Shown: positions 28,804 to 39,009 of the stretch, in pieces
Layout: each line of letters starts with the position of its first letter
How positions within the stretch are numbered: the first letter of the stretch is position 1
NCBI GenBank assembly: GCA_041494685.1
Contig: JBGQBE010000002.1
Location: 62,001-126,000, forward strand
From: Dehalococcoidia bacterium
GTDB lineage: Bacteria; Chloroflexota; Dehalococcoidia; DSTF01; JACRBR01
Direction: 5' to 3'
DNA: 64,000 bases
Notes under the pieces: generated by a model
Seen by the model: the letters and a program-made list of their open reading frames with translations, nothing else
The model's database searches: none
Told to the model about the DNA's origin: nothing
Made by a program: the position numbers and the translations under genes

Positions 28804-29481
28804 ATGCCAGGACATCTGATCATCGAGGGGCCGGAGTCCGGCGTCGCCGTGCTCACGCTGAACCGTCCGGACAGGAAGAACGCGCTCTCCGTCGCGTTAC
28901 GAGACGAGATCGCCGACGCTCTCGCGGCGCTTGCAGCCGACGACCGCGTGAAGGCCGTGATCGTGACCGGCGCGGGCGACGCGTTCTGCGCCGGCTTCGA
29001 CCTCAAGGAGTTCGAGCGTGCGGCGGCCGATGGCGAATTCGGGAACGCGCTCTGGGCGTCGAGCGACCGCTACCACCGCGCCTGCATCGAGTTTCGCCTG
29101 CCGTTGATCGCCGCGGTGAACGGCCCGGCGATCGCCGGCGGATTCGACCTGGCGGTCATGTGCGATCTCCGCGTCGCGGCGCAGGAAGCGCGCTTCGCGC
29201 ACCCGGAGATCACGTTTGGCGACGTGGTCTATGGGCCGCTGCACGACCTCGTCGGCGGCGCCGTGGCGCGCGACCTGTGTTTCACGGGGCGCAGCATCGA
29301 CGCGGCCGAAGCCCTTGCCCTGCGACTCGTGTCTAGCGTGGTGCCGCGCGACGAGTTGATGCAGGCAGCGCGCGAGACGGCGGCGCAGATCGCGCGGGCG
29401 CCCCGCGACGTGCTGCTCCGCACGAAGGCCAAGGCGCAACGGCGGGCGAGCGTCACGCCAGGCGGCACGCTCGATCTGTAG
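28804..29481 (+). CDS. Enoyl-CoA hydratase/isomerase family protein
   Basis: LNRPDRKNAL, FCAGFDL, AVNGPAIAGG, HPE. Confidence 0.9.
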   Translation: MPGHLIIEGPESGVAVLTLNRPDRKNALSVALRDEIADALAALAADDRVKAVIVTGAGDAFCAGFDLKEFERAAADGEFGNALWASSDRYHRACIEFRLPLIAAVNGPAIAGGFDLAVMCDLRVAAQEARFAHPEITFGDVVYGPLHDLVGGAVARDLCFTGRSIDAAEALALRLVSSVVPRDELMQAARETAAQIARAPRDVLLRTKAKAQRRASVTPGGTLDL

Positions 29482-29588
29482 TGACGCGGCATCGTGATGA
29501 GGGACGACATGCCGAAGCGCGCACACGAAACGACCGGCGATGAAACGCCGGCAGATAATCCGCGCGCCATCGGGCTCACACTGGGGTG

Positions 29589-30221
29589 CTACGTGTAGCT
29601 GCGCACGATCTCGCCGCACAGCGCTTCGACGCCGCGGCGCGAGACGGTGAGGATCCGCACGTGCTCCGGCGGCTCCGACGTGTACAGCTCTGAAACCGCG
29701 TGCCGCAGCGGCGTCGCGCCCCAGATCACGATCAGCTGCGCCCAGCGCATGTTCGCCAGCGCATCCTTGCCTGAGTGCGACGCCTTTGTGCCGTCCACGT
29801 AGCGGATCTCCAGCGCGCTGCCGGCGAGCAGATCGTGCAGCTCGTGCTGCGTCGCCGCCGTGCCGCCGACGACCACAACGCGACGCACGCGCTTGCGCGC
29901 CAGCGCGCGCGCACACTCGATGGCGGCGCGGCGGTTGTTCGAGCCGCCGCAGATCTCGCACGAGCGCGGCGGCACGCGCACGGCCTCGCGCGCCGGTGCC
30001 GCGGCCCAGCGGTCGATGCGCAGGCAGGCGTCGCCGCAGACGCGTGCCAGCGCCGCCGCGAGCGCCGCCTCGGCGGCAGGGAGCTTGGTCGCTGCGAACG
30101 CCTGCTTGCCGGCGTGCGTCAAGCCGGCCGCCTCCAGCACGCCGCGCCCGCGCCGCGCGGCGGCGGGCGCGGCGAAGCCGCGATCGCGCAGGAACTGGTC
30201 GATGTTGACGGCGTCCGTCAT
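29589..30221 (-). CDS. Hypothetical protein (CxxC plus DUF2325-like C-terminus)
   Basis: Start MTDAVNID; CEICGG; VVVGG...LIVIWG...LRH. Confidence 0.6.
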   Translation of the reverse strand: MTDAVNIDQFLRDRGFAAPAAARRGRGVLEAAGLTHAGKQAFAATKLPAAEAALAAALARVCGDACLRIDRWAAAPAREAVRVPPRSCEICGGSNNRRAAIECARALARKRVRRVVVVGGTAATQHELHDLLAGSALEIRYVDGTKASHSGKDALANMRWAQLIVIWGATPLRHAVSELYTSEPPEHVRILTVSRRGVEALCGEIVRSYT

Positions 30222-30346
30222 GCGCGCCCCGCACCGCTGCGCCGCGTTCGGCCGCCCGGGCGGACGGCAGGCGCGGCTACCCACAGAATACGTGGCGCGC
30301 GACAGGACGTGTCGCGCGCGGCGGCGAACGCGCGTACAATCGTCGC

Positions 30347-31138
30347 ATGCCGTTCGCGCCGGCCGACCGCTGCCAGATCTACTACGAGCTGTACGGCCCG
30401 AAGCCCGGCGAGGCCCCGGCGATCGTCTTCGCGCATGGCAACGGCGGCAACCACCTCTCGTGGTGGCAGCAGGTGCCGCACTTCCGCGACCGCTATACCT
30501 GCGTGGTCTTCGACCATCGCGGCTGGGGGCAATCGCGCGAAGAGCCGGGGGGCCCGGGCGGCGCAGCGTTCGCCGATGACCTGGGCGCGCTCCTCGACCA
30601 CGCGGGCATCGCCCGCGCAACGCTCGTCGCGCAGTCGATGGGCGGCTGGACGTGCCTGGGCTTCACGCTGGCGCACCCGGCGCGCGTCGAGCGGTTGGCG
30701 ATGTGCGACACGCACGGCGGCCTCACCTCGCCGCAGATCGCGCCGCTGGTCGATGCAGCGTTCCGCGCGCCGCCGCCGCTGCCGCCGGGCGTGCACCCCG
30801 CCGCCGGGGAGCGGATGCACCGCGAACAGCCGGCGCTGCACTTCCTCTACGAGGAGATCGGCGCGCTGAACCCGGAGATGGCGCCGCGCGAGCGCTTCGC
30901 GTTCCTCCGCACCATCCCGTCGCCGACACCGGAACAGGTGGCGGCGCTCGCCGTGCCGGTGCTGTTCATCGCGGGCGAGGAGGATGTCGTCATCCCGCCG
31001 CCGATCATCGACGCCGCGGCCGTGTGCTTCCGCGACGCCCGCGTGCGCCGCGTGCGGCAGGCGGGCCACTCGGTGTACTTCGAGCGCCCGGAGGCGTTCA
31101 ACCGCCTGATCGACGAGTTCCTCGCCACCGCGCCCTAG
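30347..31138 (+). CDS. Alpha/beta hydrolase
   Basis: HGNGG, DHRGWG, AQSMGG, AGHSVY. Confidence 0.9.
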   Translation: MPFAPADRCQIYYELYGPKPGEAPAIVFAHGNGGNHLSWWQQVPHFRDRYTCVVFDHRGWGQSREEPGGPGGAAFADDLGALLDHAGIARATLVAQSMGGWTCLGFTLAHPARVERLAMCDTHGGLTSPQIAPLVDAAFRAPPPLPPGVHPAAGERMHREQPALHFLYEEIGALNPEMAPRERFAFLRTIPSPTPEQVAALAVPVLFIAGEEDVVIPPPIIDAAAVCFRDARVRRVRQAGHSVYFERPEAFNRLIDEFLATAP

Positions 31139-31652
31139 GAGAGGTTCCCTAGGGTGCGGACGAAACCCCGGATCTCCAACGCCGAAGCGGGCCATTGAAC
31201 AATCGTCCTCTGATTTTTTTCAACACCCTGCTCCCACCCTTCCCCAGCCCTTTTTTCGCCCGGCCTTATGTCCCGCGGGCCAGCTTCGACGCGCTGCGGT
31301 CGGTCGGCGACGCAGGAACGACGAGGCTTTACATATGATTGGCCGGTGCCGGTTTTCGGGGGTTTTCAAATCTATAGGGGTGGTGTAGGGTGAGGCCGCC
31401 GGTGGGTGGCCGGCAAACTGCAACGGAACGAACGTAATACCGTCAGCAACCCGACCGTGGCCGGACCGAGAGTCCGGCTGCAGGTCATGCCGTGCCCGCG
31501 TCCCGTGGGCGCGCATATACACGCAGGGAGTGTGGATTGCGCAGCAGGACCGCTGTTTCTCACATTGTGCGCCCCCCCCAGGACCGTGACCGCGTCGTGG
31601 CACCAGATTCCGCCTCTCCTGCCGATGGTGTCAGCAAGGGAGGGCACGCGAG

Positions 31653-32159
31653 GTGACCAGGATTGCGACGTGGCGGCGCTCAAAGGCAGGTTTTGCCGTA
31701 CTGGCGATCTGCGCGTTCGCGGCGCTCGCGTTCCTCACCGGTTGCTCTCCGGAAGCCAGCGCCGAACTCAAGACCTACGACGGCATCAACGCCATGCGCA
31801 CGGCTGGCGGCCTGCCACCGCTCACGCCGGACCGGGCGCTCGTCGAGGTCGCGCGCATCCGCAGCCAGGACATGGCCGCGAAGGGCTACTTCAGCCACAC
31901 CCCGCCTGACGGCTGCAACTTCGTCTGCATCATGGATACGCGCAGCGTGCCCCACTCGTGGGCGGGCGAGAACATCGCCTGGAACAACGGGAACTGGACG
32001 CAGACCGCCGCCGTGGCCGTACAGATGTGGCACGACAGCGCGCCCCACTACGAGAACATCATGAACTGCCACTACGAGCGCTTCGGCACCGGCGTGGCGA
32101 AGGCCGCGGACGGCAAGATCTACTACACGATGATCTTCGAAGGGGATCGCGCCTGCTAG
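31653..32159 (+). CDS. CAP-domain lipoprotein
   Basis: Lipobox LTGC; YFSH, GENIAW, WHDSAPHYENI. Confidence 0.88.
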   Translation: MTRIATWRRSKAGFAVLAICAFAALAFLTGCSPEASAELKTYDGINAMRTAGGLPPLTPDRALVEVARIRSQDMAAKGYFSHTPPDGCNFVCIMDTRSVPHSWAGENIAWNNGNWTQTAAVAVQMWHDSAPHYENIMNCHYERFGTGVAKAADGKIYYTMIFEGDRAC

Positions 32160-32181
32160 GCGCGGGCGCCCGCCTCCGGCC

Positions 32182-32234
32182 GCCAATCTCCGACCCCCGC
32201 TCACCAACCCCCAGTCTCCAGCCTCCCACCTCCG
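32182..32234. repeat. Heptamer tandem tract (CCNNNNN, seven degenerate units)
   Basis: ccaatct ccgaccc ccgctca ccaaccc ccagtct ccagcct cccacct. Confidence 0.7.
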
Positions 32235-32315
32235 GGCACGGCGCCTCCTGCTTCGCGCTTGCCGCGTCCACCAGCTACACTCGGCCCGTCTCAACCAGCA
32301 CCGAAGGACCATCGT

Positions 32316-33590
32316 TTGGAAGACCTCGAGTACCAGCGCACCACGCTCCCTAACGGCCTCCGCATCGTCAGCCAGACCATGCCGAGCACCCGCTCCGTCG
32401 CCGTCAGCCTGTACGTGGGCGCCGGCTCCCGCTACGAACGGCCGGAGGAGGCGGGCATCTCCCACCTCCTCGAGCACCTGCTCTTCAAGGGCACCGAGCG
32501 GCGCCCGACCCCGCAGCAGATCTCGGAGGAGATCGACGGCGTCGGCGGCGTGATGAACGCCGGCACGGACCGCGAACTGACCGTGTACTACGCCAAGGTC
32601 GCGCGCCCGCACTTCGAGCGCGCCGCCGACGTCCTGACCGACATGGCGCGCTACCCGCTCATCGCCGGCGAAGAGCTGGAGAAGGAGCGCAAGGTCGTGA
32701 TCGAGGAGCTGGCATCGATCGGCGACTCCCCATCGCAGCTCGTCGACATGCTGCTCGACCAGACCATGTGGCCGGATCAGCCGCTGGGCCGCGACGTCGC
32801 CGGCACCGAAGAATCCGTGATGGCATTGACGCGCGAGGGCACGATGGACTACCTGCGCCGCCAGTACGTGCCCAACAATATCGTGATCGCCGTGGGCGGC
32901 GCCGTGGAGCACGCACAGGTCGTCGAGTTCGTGTCAGGCGTGCTCGGCGACTGGAAGCGCGGCGAGCCTTCACGCTGGCTCCCGGCGGACGACGGCCGGC
33001 GCAGCGCGCCGGTCGCCGTCATGTACAAGAAGACCGAACAGGCCCACATCGAGATCGCGGTGCACGCGCTGTCGAGCCAGAACCCGGACCGCTTCGCGCT
33101 GGACCTGGTGAGCGTGGTGCTGGGCGAGGGCATGAGCAGCCGCCTCTTCATGGAGCTGCGGGAGAAGCGCGCGCTCTGCTACGACGTCCATAGCTACACC
33201 AGCCACTACCTCGACACCGGCTCGTTCGCCGTCTACGCCGGCGTCGATCCGAAGAAGACCGTCGAGTCGGCGCAGGCGCTGATCGAAGAGCTGTCGAAGA
33301 TGCAGCGCGACGGCATGACGGACGACGAGCTCCACAAGGCCAAGGAGCTGTCGAAGGGGCGCCTGCTGTTGCGGATGGAAGACACGCGCAACGTCTCCGG
33401 CTGGCTGGGCGGCCAGGAGATGCTGAACAACCTCATCCGCACGCCCGACGAGGTCGTCGCCCTGATCGATGCCGTCACGACCGACGACGTGCGCCGCGTC
33501 GCCAGCGCGCTGCTCGACCGGTCACGTATGACCATGGCGCTCGTCGGCCCCTTCCGCAGCGACAAGCGTTTCCTCCCGCTGCTGAGCTAG
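32316..33590 (+). CDS. M16-family zinc peptidase
   Basis: GSRYE, HLLEHLLFKGT (HXXEH), GMSSRLF; TTG start inferred. Confidence 0.93.
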   Translation: MEDLEYQRTTLPNGLRIVSQTMPSTRSVAVSLYVGAGSRYERPEEAGISHLLEHLLFKGTERRPTPQQISEEIDGVGGVMNAGTDRELTVYYAKVARPHFERAADVLTDMARYPLIAGEELEKERKVVIEELASIGDSPSQLVDMLLDQTMWPDQPLGRDVAGTEESVMALTREGTMDYLRRQYVPNNIVIAVGGAVEHAQVVEFVSGVLGDWKRGEPSRWLPADDGRRSAPVAVMYKKTEQAHIEIAVHALSSQNPDRFALDLVSVVLGEGMSSRLFMELREKRALCYDVHSYTSHYLDTGSFAVYAGVDPKKTVESAQALIEELSKMQRDGMTDDELHKAKELSKGRLLLRMEDTRNVSGWLGGQEMLNNLIRTPDEVVALIDAVTTDDVRRVASALLDRSRMTMALVGPFRSDKRFLPLLS

Positions 33591-33602
33591 GCGCTTCGCG
33601 CG

Positions 33603-33727
33603 CACAGCAGACAGCAGACAACAGAGACCCCCGCTCGAAACGTCGCCTCGCCACACGGTTCCGTGGCTGAACAGCCGTCGCTCTGCTTGCTGTCTGTTGC
33701 GCGCCTCCTGTTGTCTGTTGTCTTTTC
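33603..33727. repeat. Heptamer-periodic inverted arms (CAGACAG / CTGTTGT)
   Basis: acagcagacagcagacaacag followed by ctgtctgttg..ctgttgtctgttgtc. Confidence 0.7.
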
Positions 33728-33794
33728 GTCCCTGGGTGCTACCCCCCAGACGAAGCCGGGCGGCTGCGGCGACAAGAGATACGGAGGGATCCGT

Positions 33795-34184
33795 TTGATC
33801 GGCCGTTTCGTCTTCCTCGGTCTTGTCGCGCTGGGCTTCACCGTCTACCTGACGTCGCCCGGCTCGAAGGTCGCGTCCGCCGACGTCGCGCTGTCGTGCG
33901 GCGACGGCGCGATGACCGCCGGCCATGCGCAGGCCACCGCCCGCGCGACGTTCGCGTGGCACGCGCCGAAGAAGGACGCCCGGCAGTCATTCCTGGATCT
34001 CAGCCTGGCACCCGGCTTCGTGCCGGGCTGGTACCAGGGCCACGGCCCCATCGCCGCGGCGCAGACGACGTACGCAGTCGACGGCCTGCCGCTCAACGCC
34101 ACGTTCTACTACCGCGTCAACACGCTGTTCGGTGACGGCTGGCACGAGACTGCCCGCGGCACCTTCGTCTCGACGTGCAAGTGA
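33795..34184 (+). CDS. Small secreted hypothetical protein
   Basis: GGAGG then TTG; signal peptide; beta-rich region ending YYRVNT. Confidence 0.6.
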   Translation: MIGRFVFLGLVALGFTVYLTSPGSKVASADVALSCGDGAMTAGHAQATARATFAWHAPKKDARQSFLDLSLAPGFVPGWYQGHGPIAAAQTTYAVDGLPLNATFYYRVNTLFGDGWHETARGTFVSTCK

Positions 34185-34185
34185 G

Positions 34186-35148
34186 TCAGCGTCCGCCGCG
34201 CAGCCGCGGGTCCAGCACGTCGCGCAGGGCGTCGCCGAACATGTTGAAGCCGTAGACCGTCAGCGCGATCGCCAGACCGGGCCACAGCGCCTGCAAGGGT
34301 TCGACCCGGAACTGCGACGAGCCGCTGATGTTCAGCATGCCGCCCCATGAGGGGAAGGGCGACGGGATGCCGTACCCCAGGAAACTGATGGCCGCCTCGA
34401 CGAGAATGATCCCGCCCACGTTCACTGTCGCCAGCACGATCGCCACCGGCATGACGTTGGGCAGCAGATGACGCAGGATGATCCGTGCATCGCTGGCGCC
34501 GATCGTCCGCGCCGCGTCCACGTACTGGTTGTTCGCCGTCGCGATGGCCGCGCTGCGCACCACGCGCACGGCGGCGGCCGCCACCAGGAACCCCAGGATC
34601 ACGATGATCCACAGCATCCGCATATACGGCCCGGAGCGCCCCGCGAACACGCTGATCGCGAAGATCAGCAGGATCAGGCCCGGGATCGAGAGGATGACGT
34701 CGATAAAGCGCTGCACCGTCGTATCGATCCAGCCCTTGAAGTAACCGGACATCGTGCCTAGCAGCAGCGAAATGATCGTGGCGATCGTGACGGCGCTCAG
34801 GCCGATGACGGCCGAGATGCGAGCGCCGTAGAGGACGCGGCTGAAGATGTCGCGTCCGAGTTCGTCGGTGCCCATCGGGTGCCCGATCGACAGACCTTGA
34901 TTGACGTCGTGGATGTGCTGGTGGTTGTAGCCATCCGGCGCGATCAGCGGCCGGCTGCCGCCGATGAGCGCTGTGTCGACGAAGATCGCGATCAGCAGCA
35001 TGCCGACGACGAGCAAGCCTCCCAACGCGCCCAGCGGCTTGCGCCGCGCGAACGTCAGGACCGCACGGGGCCACGACGCGATCCCCGTCGGCCGCTCCGG
35101 CAGCAGGCTACCCTGGTCCAGCACCCGTACATCAACCGTCGTCGCCAT
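34186..35148 (-). CDS. Peptide/nickel ABC permease (DppC/OppC-like)
   Basis: HPMGTDELGRD, AARTIGAS, FGDALRDVLDPR. Confidence 0.93.
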   Translation of the reverse strand: MATTVDVRVLDQGSLLPERPTGIASWPRAVLTFARRKPLGALGGLLVVGMLLIAIFVDTALIGGSRPLIAPDGYNHQHIHDVNQGLSIGHPMGTDELGRDIFSRVLYGARISAVIGLSAVTIATIISLLLGTMSGYFKGWIDTTVQRFIDVILSIPGLILLIFAISVFAGRSGPYMRMLWIIVILGFLVAAAAVRVVRSAAIATANNQYVDAARTIGASDARIILRHLLPNVMPVAIVLATVNVGGIILVEAAISFLGYGIPSPFPSWGGMLNISGSSQFRVEPLQALWPGLAIALTVYGFNMFGDALRDVLDPRLRGGR

Positions 35149-36176
35149 CAGCCGTACCTGATCCGCGGGTCAAGATAGGCGTACGTGATATCGACCAGGA
35201 GGTTCGAGAAGACGACCGCGAGCGCGCTGATGAACGCGATCGCTTGCACCGCCGTGTAGTCGCGGAAGCCGATCGACTGGAAGAACCACTGGCCCATGCC
35301 GGGCACGTTGAAGATGCTCTCGACGATCACGCTGCCGCCGACCAGGATCGGCACCTGCAGCCCCACCACCGTCACCACCGGGATCAGCGCGTTCTTCACG
35401 CAGTGATTGATCACCACCGTCCGCTCCCGCAGCCCCTTCGCCCACGCCGTCCGCACGTAGTCCTGCCGCAGCACCTCCAGCATCTGCGTGCGCATGAGGC
35501 GCATCACCGTGCCGGAGAGGCTCACGCCCAGCAGCACCGACGGCCCAACCGGCACGAAGCCGCCGAACGGGAAGATCAGGAACTTCAGGTTGGCGTACGG
35601 GTCCTCCCAGATCTGCGCGTACTGCTGCGGTACGGGCGTGGCGGCCGTGAACCAGAGCGACGAATACACGATGATCATCGTGCCGAGCCAGAACGTCGGC
35701 ACCGCCAGGAAGCCGATCGAGATGCTGCGCGCCACGTAGTCGATCACCGTGTCCTGCCGCATCGCCGAGATGATGCCGACGGGCACGGCGATCAGCAGCG
35801 AGATCATCAGCGCCAGGATCGCCATCTCCATCGTCACCGGCAGCGTGTTGCGCAGGTGGTGCGCGATCGGCGTGCGGTCGCGCAGCGACAGGCCGAAGTC
35901 CAGCGTCAGCACACCCTTCAGCCAGTGCGTGTACTGGTTGTCCTTGTGGAACTCCACGAACGGCGCAGCTCCGACGAAGTTTATGGGGAACTTCGGCCCA
36001 TCGATGCCGAGGTCATGCTCGGTCTTGGCGCGAAACTCGGGCGTCACCTTGTTGTCGCCCGCAAGCTGCTGCACCAAGTCGCCCGGCAGCACGTGCAGCA
36101 GCGAGAAGATGACGATCGACACTCCGATGAGCGTCGGTACCGCAAGGACAAGCCGCCGAAGAATGTACTGCCGCAC
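35148..36176 (-). CDS. Peptide/nickel ABC permease (DppB/OppB-like)
   Basis: YILRRL, DYVRTAWAKGL, YAYLDPRIR. Confidence 0.93.
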   Translation of the reverse strand: MRQYILRRLVLAVPTLIGVSIVIFSLLHVLPGDLVQQLAGDNKVTPEFRAKTEHDLGIDGPKFPINFVGAAPFVEFHKDNQYTHWLKGVLTLDFGLSLRDRTPIAHHLRNTLPVTMEMAILALMISLLIAVPVGIISAMRQDTVIDYVARSISIGFLAVPTFWLGTMIIVYSSLWFTAATPVPQQYAQIWEDPYANLKFLIFPFGGFVPVGPSVLLGVSLSGTVMRLMRTQMLEVLRQDYVRTAWAKGLRERTVVINHCVKNALIPVVTVVGLQVPILVGGSVIVESIFNVPGMGQWFFQSIGFRDYTAVQAIAFISALAVVFSNLLVDITYAYLDPRIRYG

Positions 36177-36281
36177 GCGACCTCGCCCCCGTTGCCGGGG
36201 TAATGAGCCGGTGCCGCTTCGCCACAGGGCGGGCGGCACCGGCTGCTGCTCGTGGACCTTGCGGGCGATGCGCCCGCGCCG

Positions 36282-38054
36282 CTAGGCGCCGAAGTTCAAC
36301 TGCAGCGAACTCTCCGTCCCAAGCGCGTACGTCGTCGGCCCGGTCGAGTTGACGACGCCCTTGAGCTTCGGCGTCCGCGCGCCGTACTCGACCGGCGTGA
36401 TGACCGGCACGTAGTACATCTTCGACGACACGTACTTTTGCAGATCGAAGTTCTGCTTCTGGATCTCGGCCACAGTCTGCGACTCCACCATCTTCTTGAT
36501 GTTGTCGCGCAACGTCTGGTCGCTGACGCTGGAGTGGTTGCGGCCGCCGCCCTGTTCCGGCGCGTTGAACATGTTCTGCCAGTACGCGGCGATGTCGCTG
36601 AACACAGACTCCAGGCTGAAAGCGCAGCCGTCGAACTTGCCCAGGAACGTCGTGCCGATGTACGTGCCGTACTCTTCCGGCACCTCCTTCACCGTCACGC
36701 CCGCATCCTTGAACATGGCCGGCAGCGCCTGGCGTACGATGTCGTAGTACGGCACGATCGTCGTGTACACGGTGCTGCTGAAATGCATCGGCACGTTGAT
36801 CTCGGTGACGCCGGCGGCCGCGAAGAGCTTCTTCGCCTCCGCGACATCGTACTTGTAGTTGACCCCGGCGTCGCCGATATCCGTCCCCTTCGGGTCCAGC
36901 CACCACGACTTGCCGAAGCCCGCGTTGATCGGCATGTTCGGCCACGCGCCGCCCTGCTTCGACACGAGGCCCAGCAGGCCGTCACGGTCGATAGCGCGGG
37001 AGATGCCCTGGCGCACGCGCTCGTCGTTGAACGGTGGCTTGGCCGACGTGTAGCTCGCCGGCTCGAAGATCATCATGCTCAATATGTTGCGCGGTGCGGC
37101 GTCCAGGATCGCCGTGGGGTTCTGGCCCTTGAACGAATCGACCAGCTTGGGCGGCACGGAGATCGTGTCGAGCGCACCCGCCGCGAACTGGGACAGCACC
37201 TGGTTCTGGTCCGTGATGATCGCCAGGTTCACGGCGTCCAGGTACGGCAGCGCGCCGCCGGACGCGTCCTTCTCGAAGTAGTCGGGATTCTTCTTCCACG
37301 ACATCACGACGTTGGGCTGGTACTGGTCGAAGAGGAAGGGCCCGGATCCCAGCATGGACTTGTTCGCCGCGTCTTCGCTCTGCTCTACGAACTCCTGCGG
37401 CATGATCCAGAGATCCTGGAACGACGCGATGCGGTTGAGGAATAGACCGAATGGCGCCTTCAGTTTGAATGTCACCTGCGTGTCGTCGGCGGACGCGGTC
37501 ACGCTGTCGACGAACGCCAGGTTGCCCTTGTTCGGCGAGACCGAGCGGTAGCGGTTGAACGAGTACACGACGTCCTTCGCGCCCAGCTTGCGGCCGTTGA
37601 CCGGCGGCACGTTGTGGAACTTGACGTCCGGGCGCAGCGTGAAGATATAGGTCAGCGGATCGGGGTTCTCGACTTTCGACGCGACCTCGGGCTCGGCGAC
37701 GTACCACTGGTCCTGCGCGAGTTCGCCCAGCTGCGTCTTGAATCGCATCAGCCGGCTGTACGAGTACGACGCCAGCGCGTGGGTGAGGAACGTGGACGCC
37801 TTCATCGGGTCCATGCCCAGCACCAGGCTCACGGTGCCGTGCAGCGTGCCGCCCGGCACGGGCTTCGCGGCCGTGGCGCCACCGGCGGGCGAACCGGTCG
37901 CCGCCGGCGTCTTGTTGCCGCTGCTACTACTGCTGCAACCGACGACGGCGATCGCCCCGGCCGACGCGCCGGCCACCCCGGCGATCTGCAGCGCCCGTCT
38001 GCGCGACACGCGCGTCCCAGTGACCTTGTCCCAATAAGAGCCCTGTGAGTGCAT
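36282..38054 (-). CDS. Family-5 ABC substrate-binding lipoprotein, Tat-exported
   Basis: SRRRAL twin-arginine motif, VVGC lipobox, LRPDVKFH, GSGPF, PFNDERVRQ. Confidence 0.92.
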   Translation of the reverse strand: MHSQGSYWDKVTGTRVSRRRALQIAGVAGASAGAIAVVGCSSSSSGNKTPAATGSPAGGATAAKPVPGGTLHGTVSLVLGMDPMKASTFLTHALASYSYSRLMRFKTQLGELAQDQWYVAEPEVASKVENPDPLTYIFTLRPDVKFHNVPPVNGRKLGAKDVVYSFNRYRSVSPNKGNLAFVDSVTASADDTQVTFKLKAPFGLFLNRIASFQDLWIMPQEFVEQSEDAANKSMLGSGPFLFDQYQPNVVMSWKKNPDYFEKDASGGALPYLDAVNLAIITDQNQVLSQFAAGALDTISVPPKLVDSFKGQNPTAILDAAPRNILSMMIFEPASYTSAKPPFNDERVRQGISRAIDRDGLLGLVSKQGGAWPNMPINAGFGKSWWLDPKGTDIGDAGVNYKYDVAEAKKLFAAAGVTEINVPMHFSSTVYTTIVPYYDIVRQALPAMFKDAGVTVKEVPEEYGTYIGTTFLGKFDGCAFSLESVFSDIAAYWQNMFNAPEQGGGRNHSSVSDQTLRDNIKKMVESQTVAEIQKQNFDLQKYVSSKMYYVPVITPVEYGARTPKLKGVVNSTGPTTYALGTESSLQLNFGA

Positions 38055-38375
38055 GGGTAATCCCTCCCTGTTGCGGTGACTCTCCCTCGTACGCAGATTC
38101 TACTACGCGCGGCGGCGGTTAGCGGCCCTGTCTCATGAGTATTTCGCAGGCTGCCTGACCGTGGCGGCGCCTCCAGATACCCCGGCAGTGGAGGACGCTT
38201 CGGAGGTGCCGCCGGCAGGCTGGGGTCGCCTGAGCCCCCCAGAATGACGGCGGCGTGATCCGCATCAGGCGCATGACCCGCGGCGAACGCCCCTCGGCGC
38301 CAGGCCGGTCGCGGAGGTCCAGCCGGCGATCCGCGCCGGGACAGCAACAAGATATGCAGAAACGCCGTTCGGCGG

Positions 38376-38903
38376 TCAGGGTGCCAGCTCGAACGCCAGC
38401 TGCGTGCCCGGCACGAAGCCGAGGCGCGCGGCGGCGCCGGCGTTGAGCTCCAGCACATAGCGGACGGGCTGCGCGGGCGCGTAACGGGTGAGTTGTGCGT
38501 CGCCCGCGCCGGGTTGCGGCGGTATGTCGGCGGTGATCTCGGCGACGCGCTTGTCTTCGCCGATCCAGACCATGTCCAGCGCGAAGCGCATCCCCTTCAT
38601 CCAGAACTCCTGCACCCGCGTGCTGCCCAGGTCGAAGATCATGCCCGCGTCCGGCGCCAGCGCGTCGCGATACCCGAGACCGCGCTCGTCCTGGGGTGCT
38701 GTCGCGGCGACCTCGACGAGCAGTGTGCCGCCGGCGTACGTCAGATCTGTGCGCCCAAACGCGACCGGCGTCACGGTCGGTGTCTCGCCGCGCACCGGGG
38801 TCGCGCGTGCCGTGGACGAAGCGGGAGAACCACCGCCGCACGCGGCGATCGCGCAACCGAAGAGCGCGAGGACGGCGATCGCGGCGGCGGGCGGGCGAAT
38901 CAC
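38376..38903 (-). CDS. DUF192-family lipoprotein
   Basis: RGLGYRDAL..DAGMIF, FWMKGMRFALDM, YVLELNAG. Confidence 0.88.
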   Translation of the reverse strand: MIRPPAAAIAVLALFGCAIAACGGGSPASSTARATPVRGETPTVTPVAFGRTDLTYAGGTLLVEVAATAPQDERGLGYRDALAPDAGMIFDLGSTRVQEFWMKGMRFALDMVWIGEDKRVAEITADIPPQPGAGDAQLTRYAPAQPVRYVLELNAGAAARLGFVPGTQLAFELAP

Positions 38904-39009
38904 GAGGCCATGATACAATTCGGCGACTGCGCAGGTACCCGGAGGGATACGTGACCCGTTCTTCGATCTCGCCGGCGGCGCGGCCCCACACCATCGGCCC
39001 GGGGGCGGC

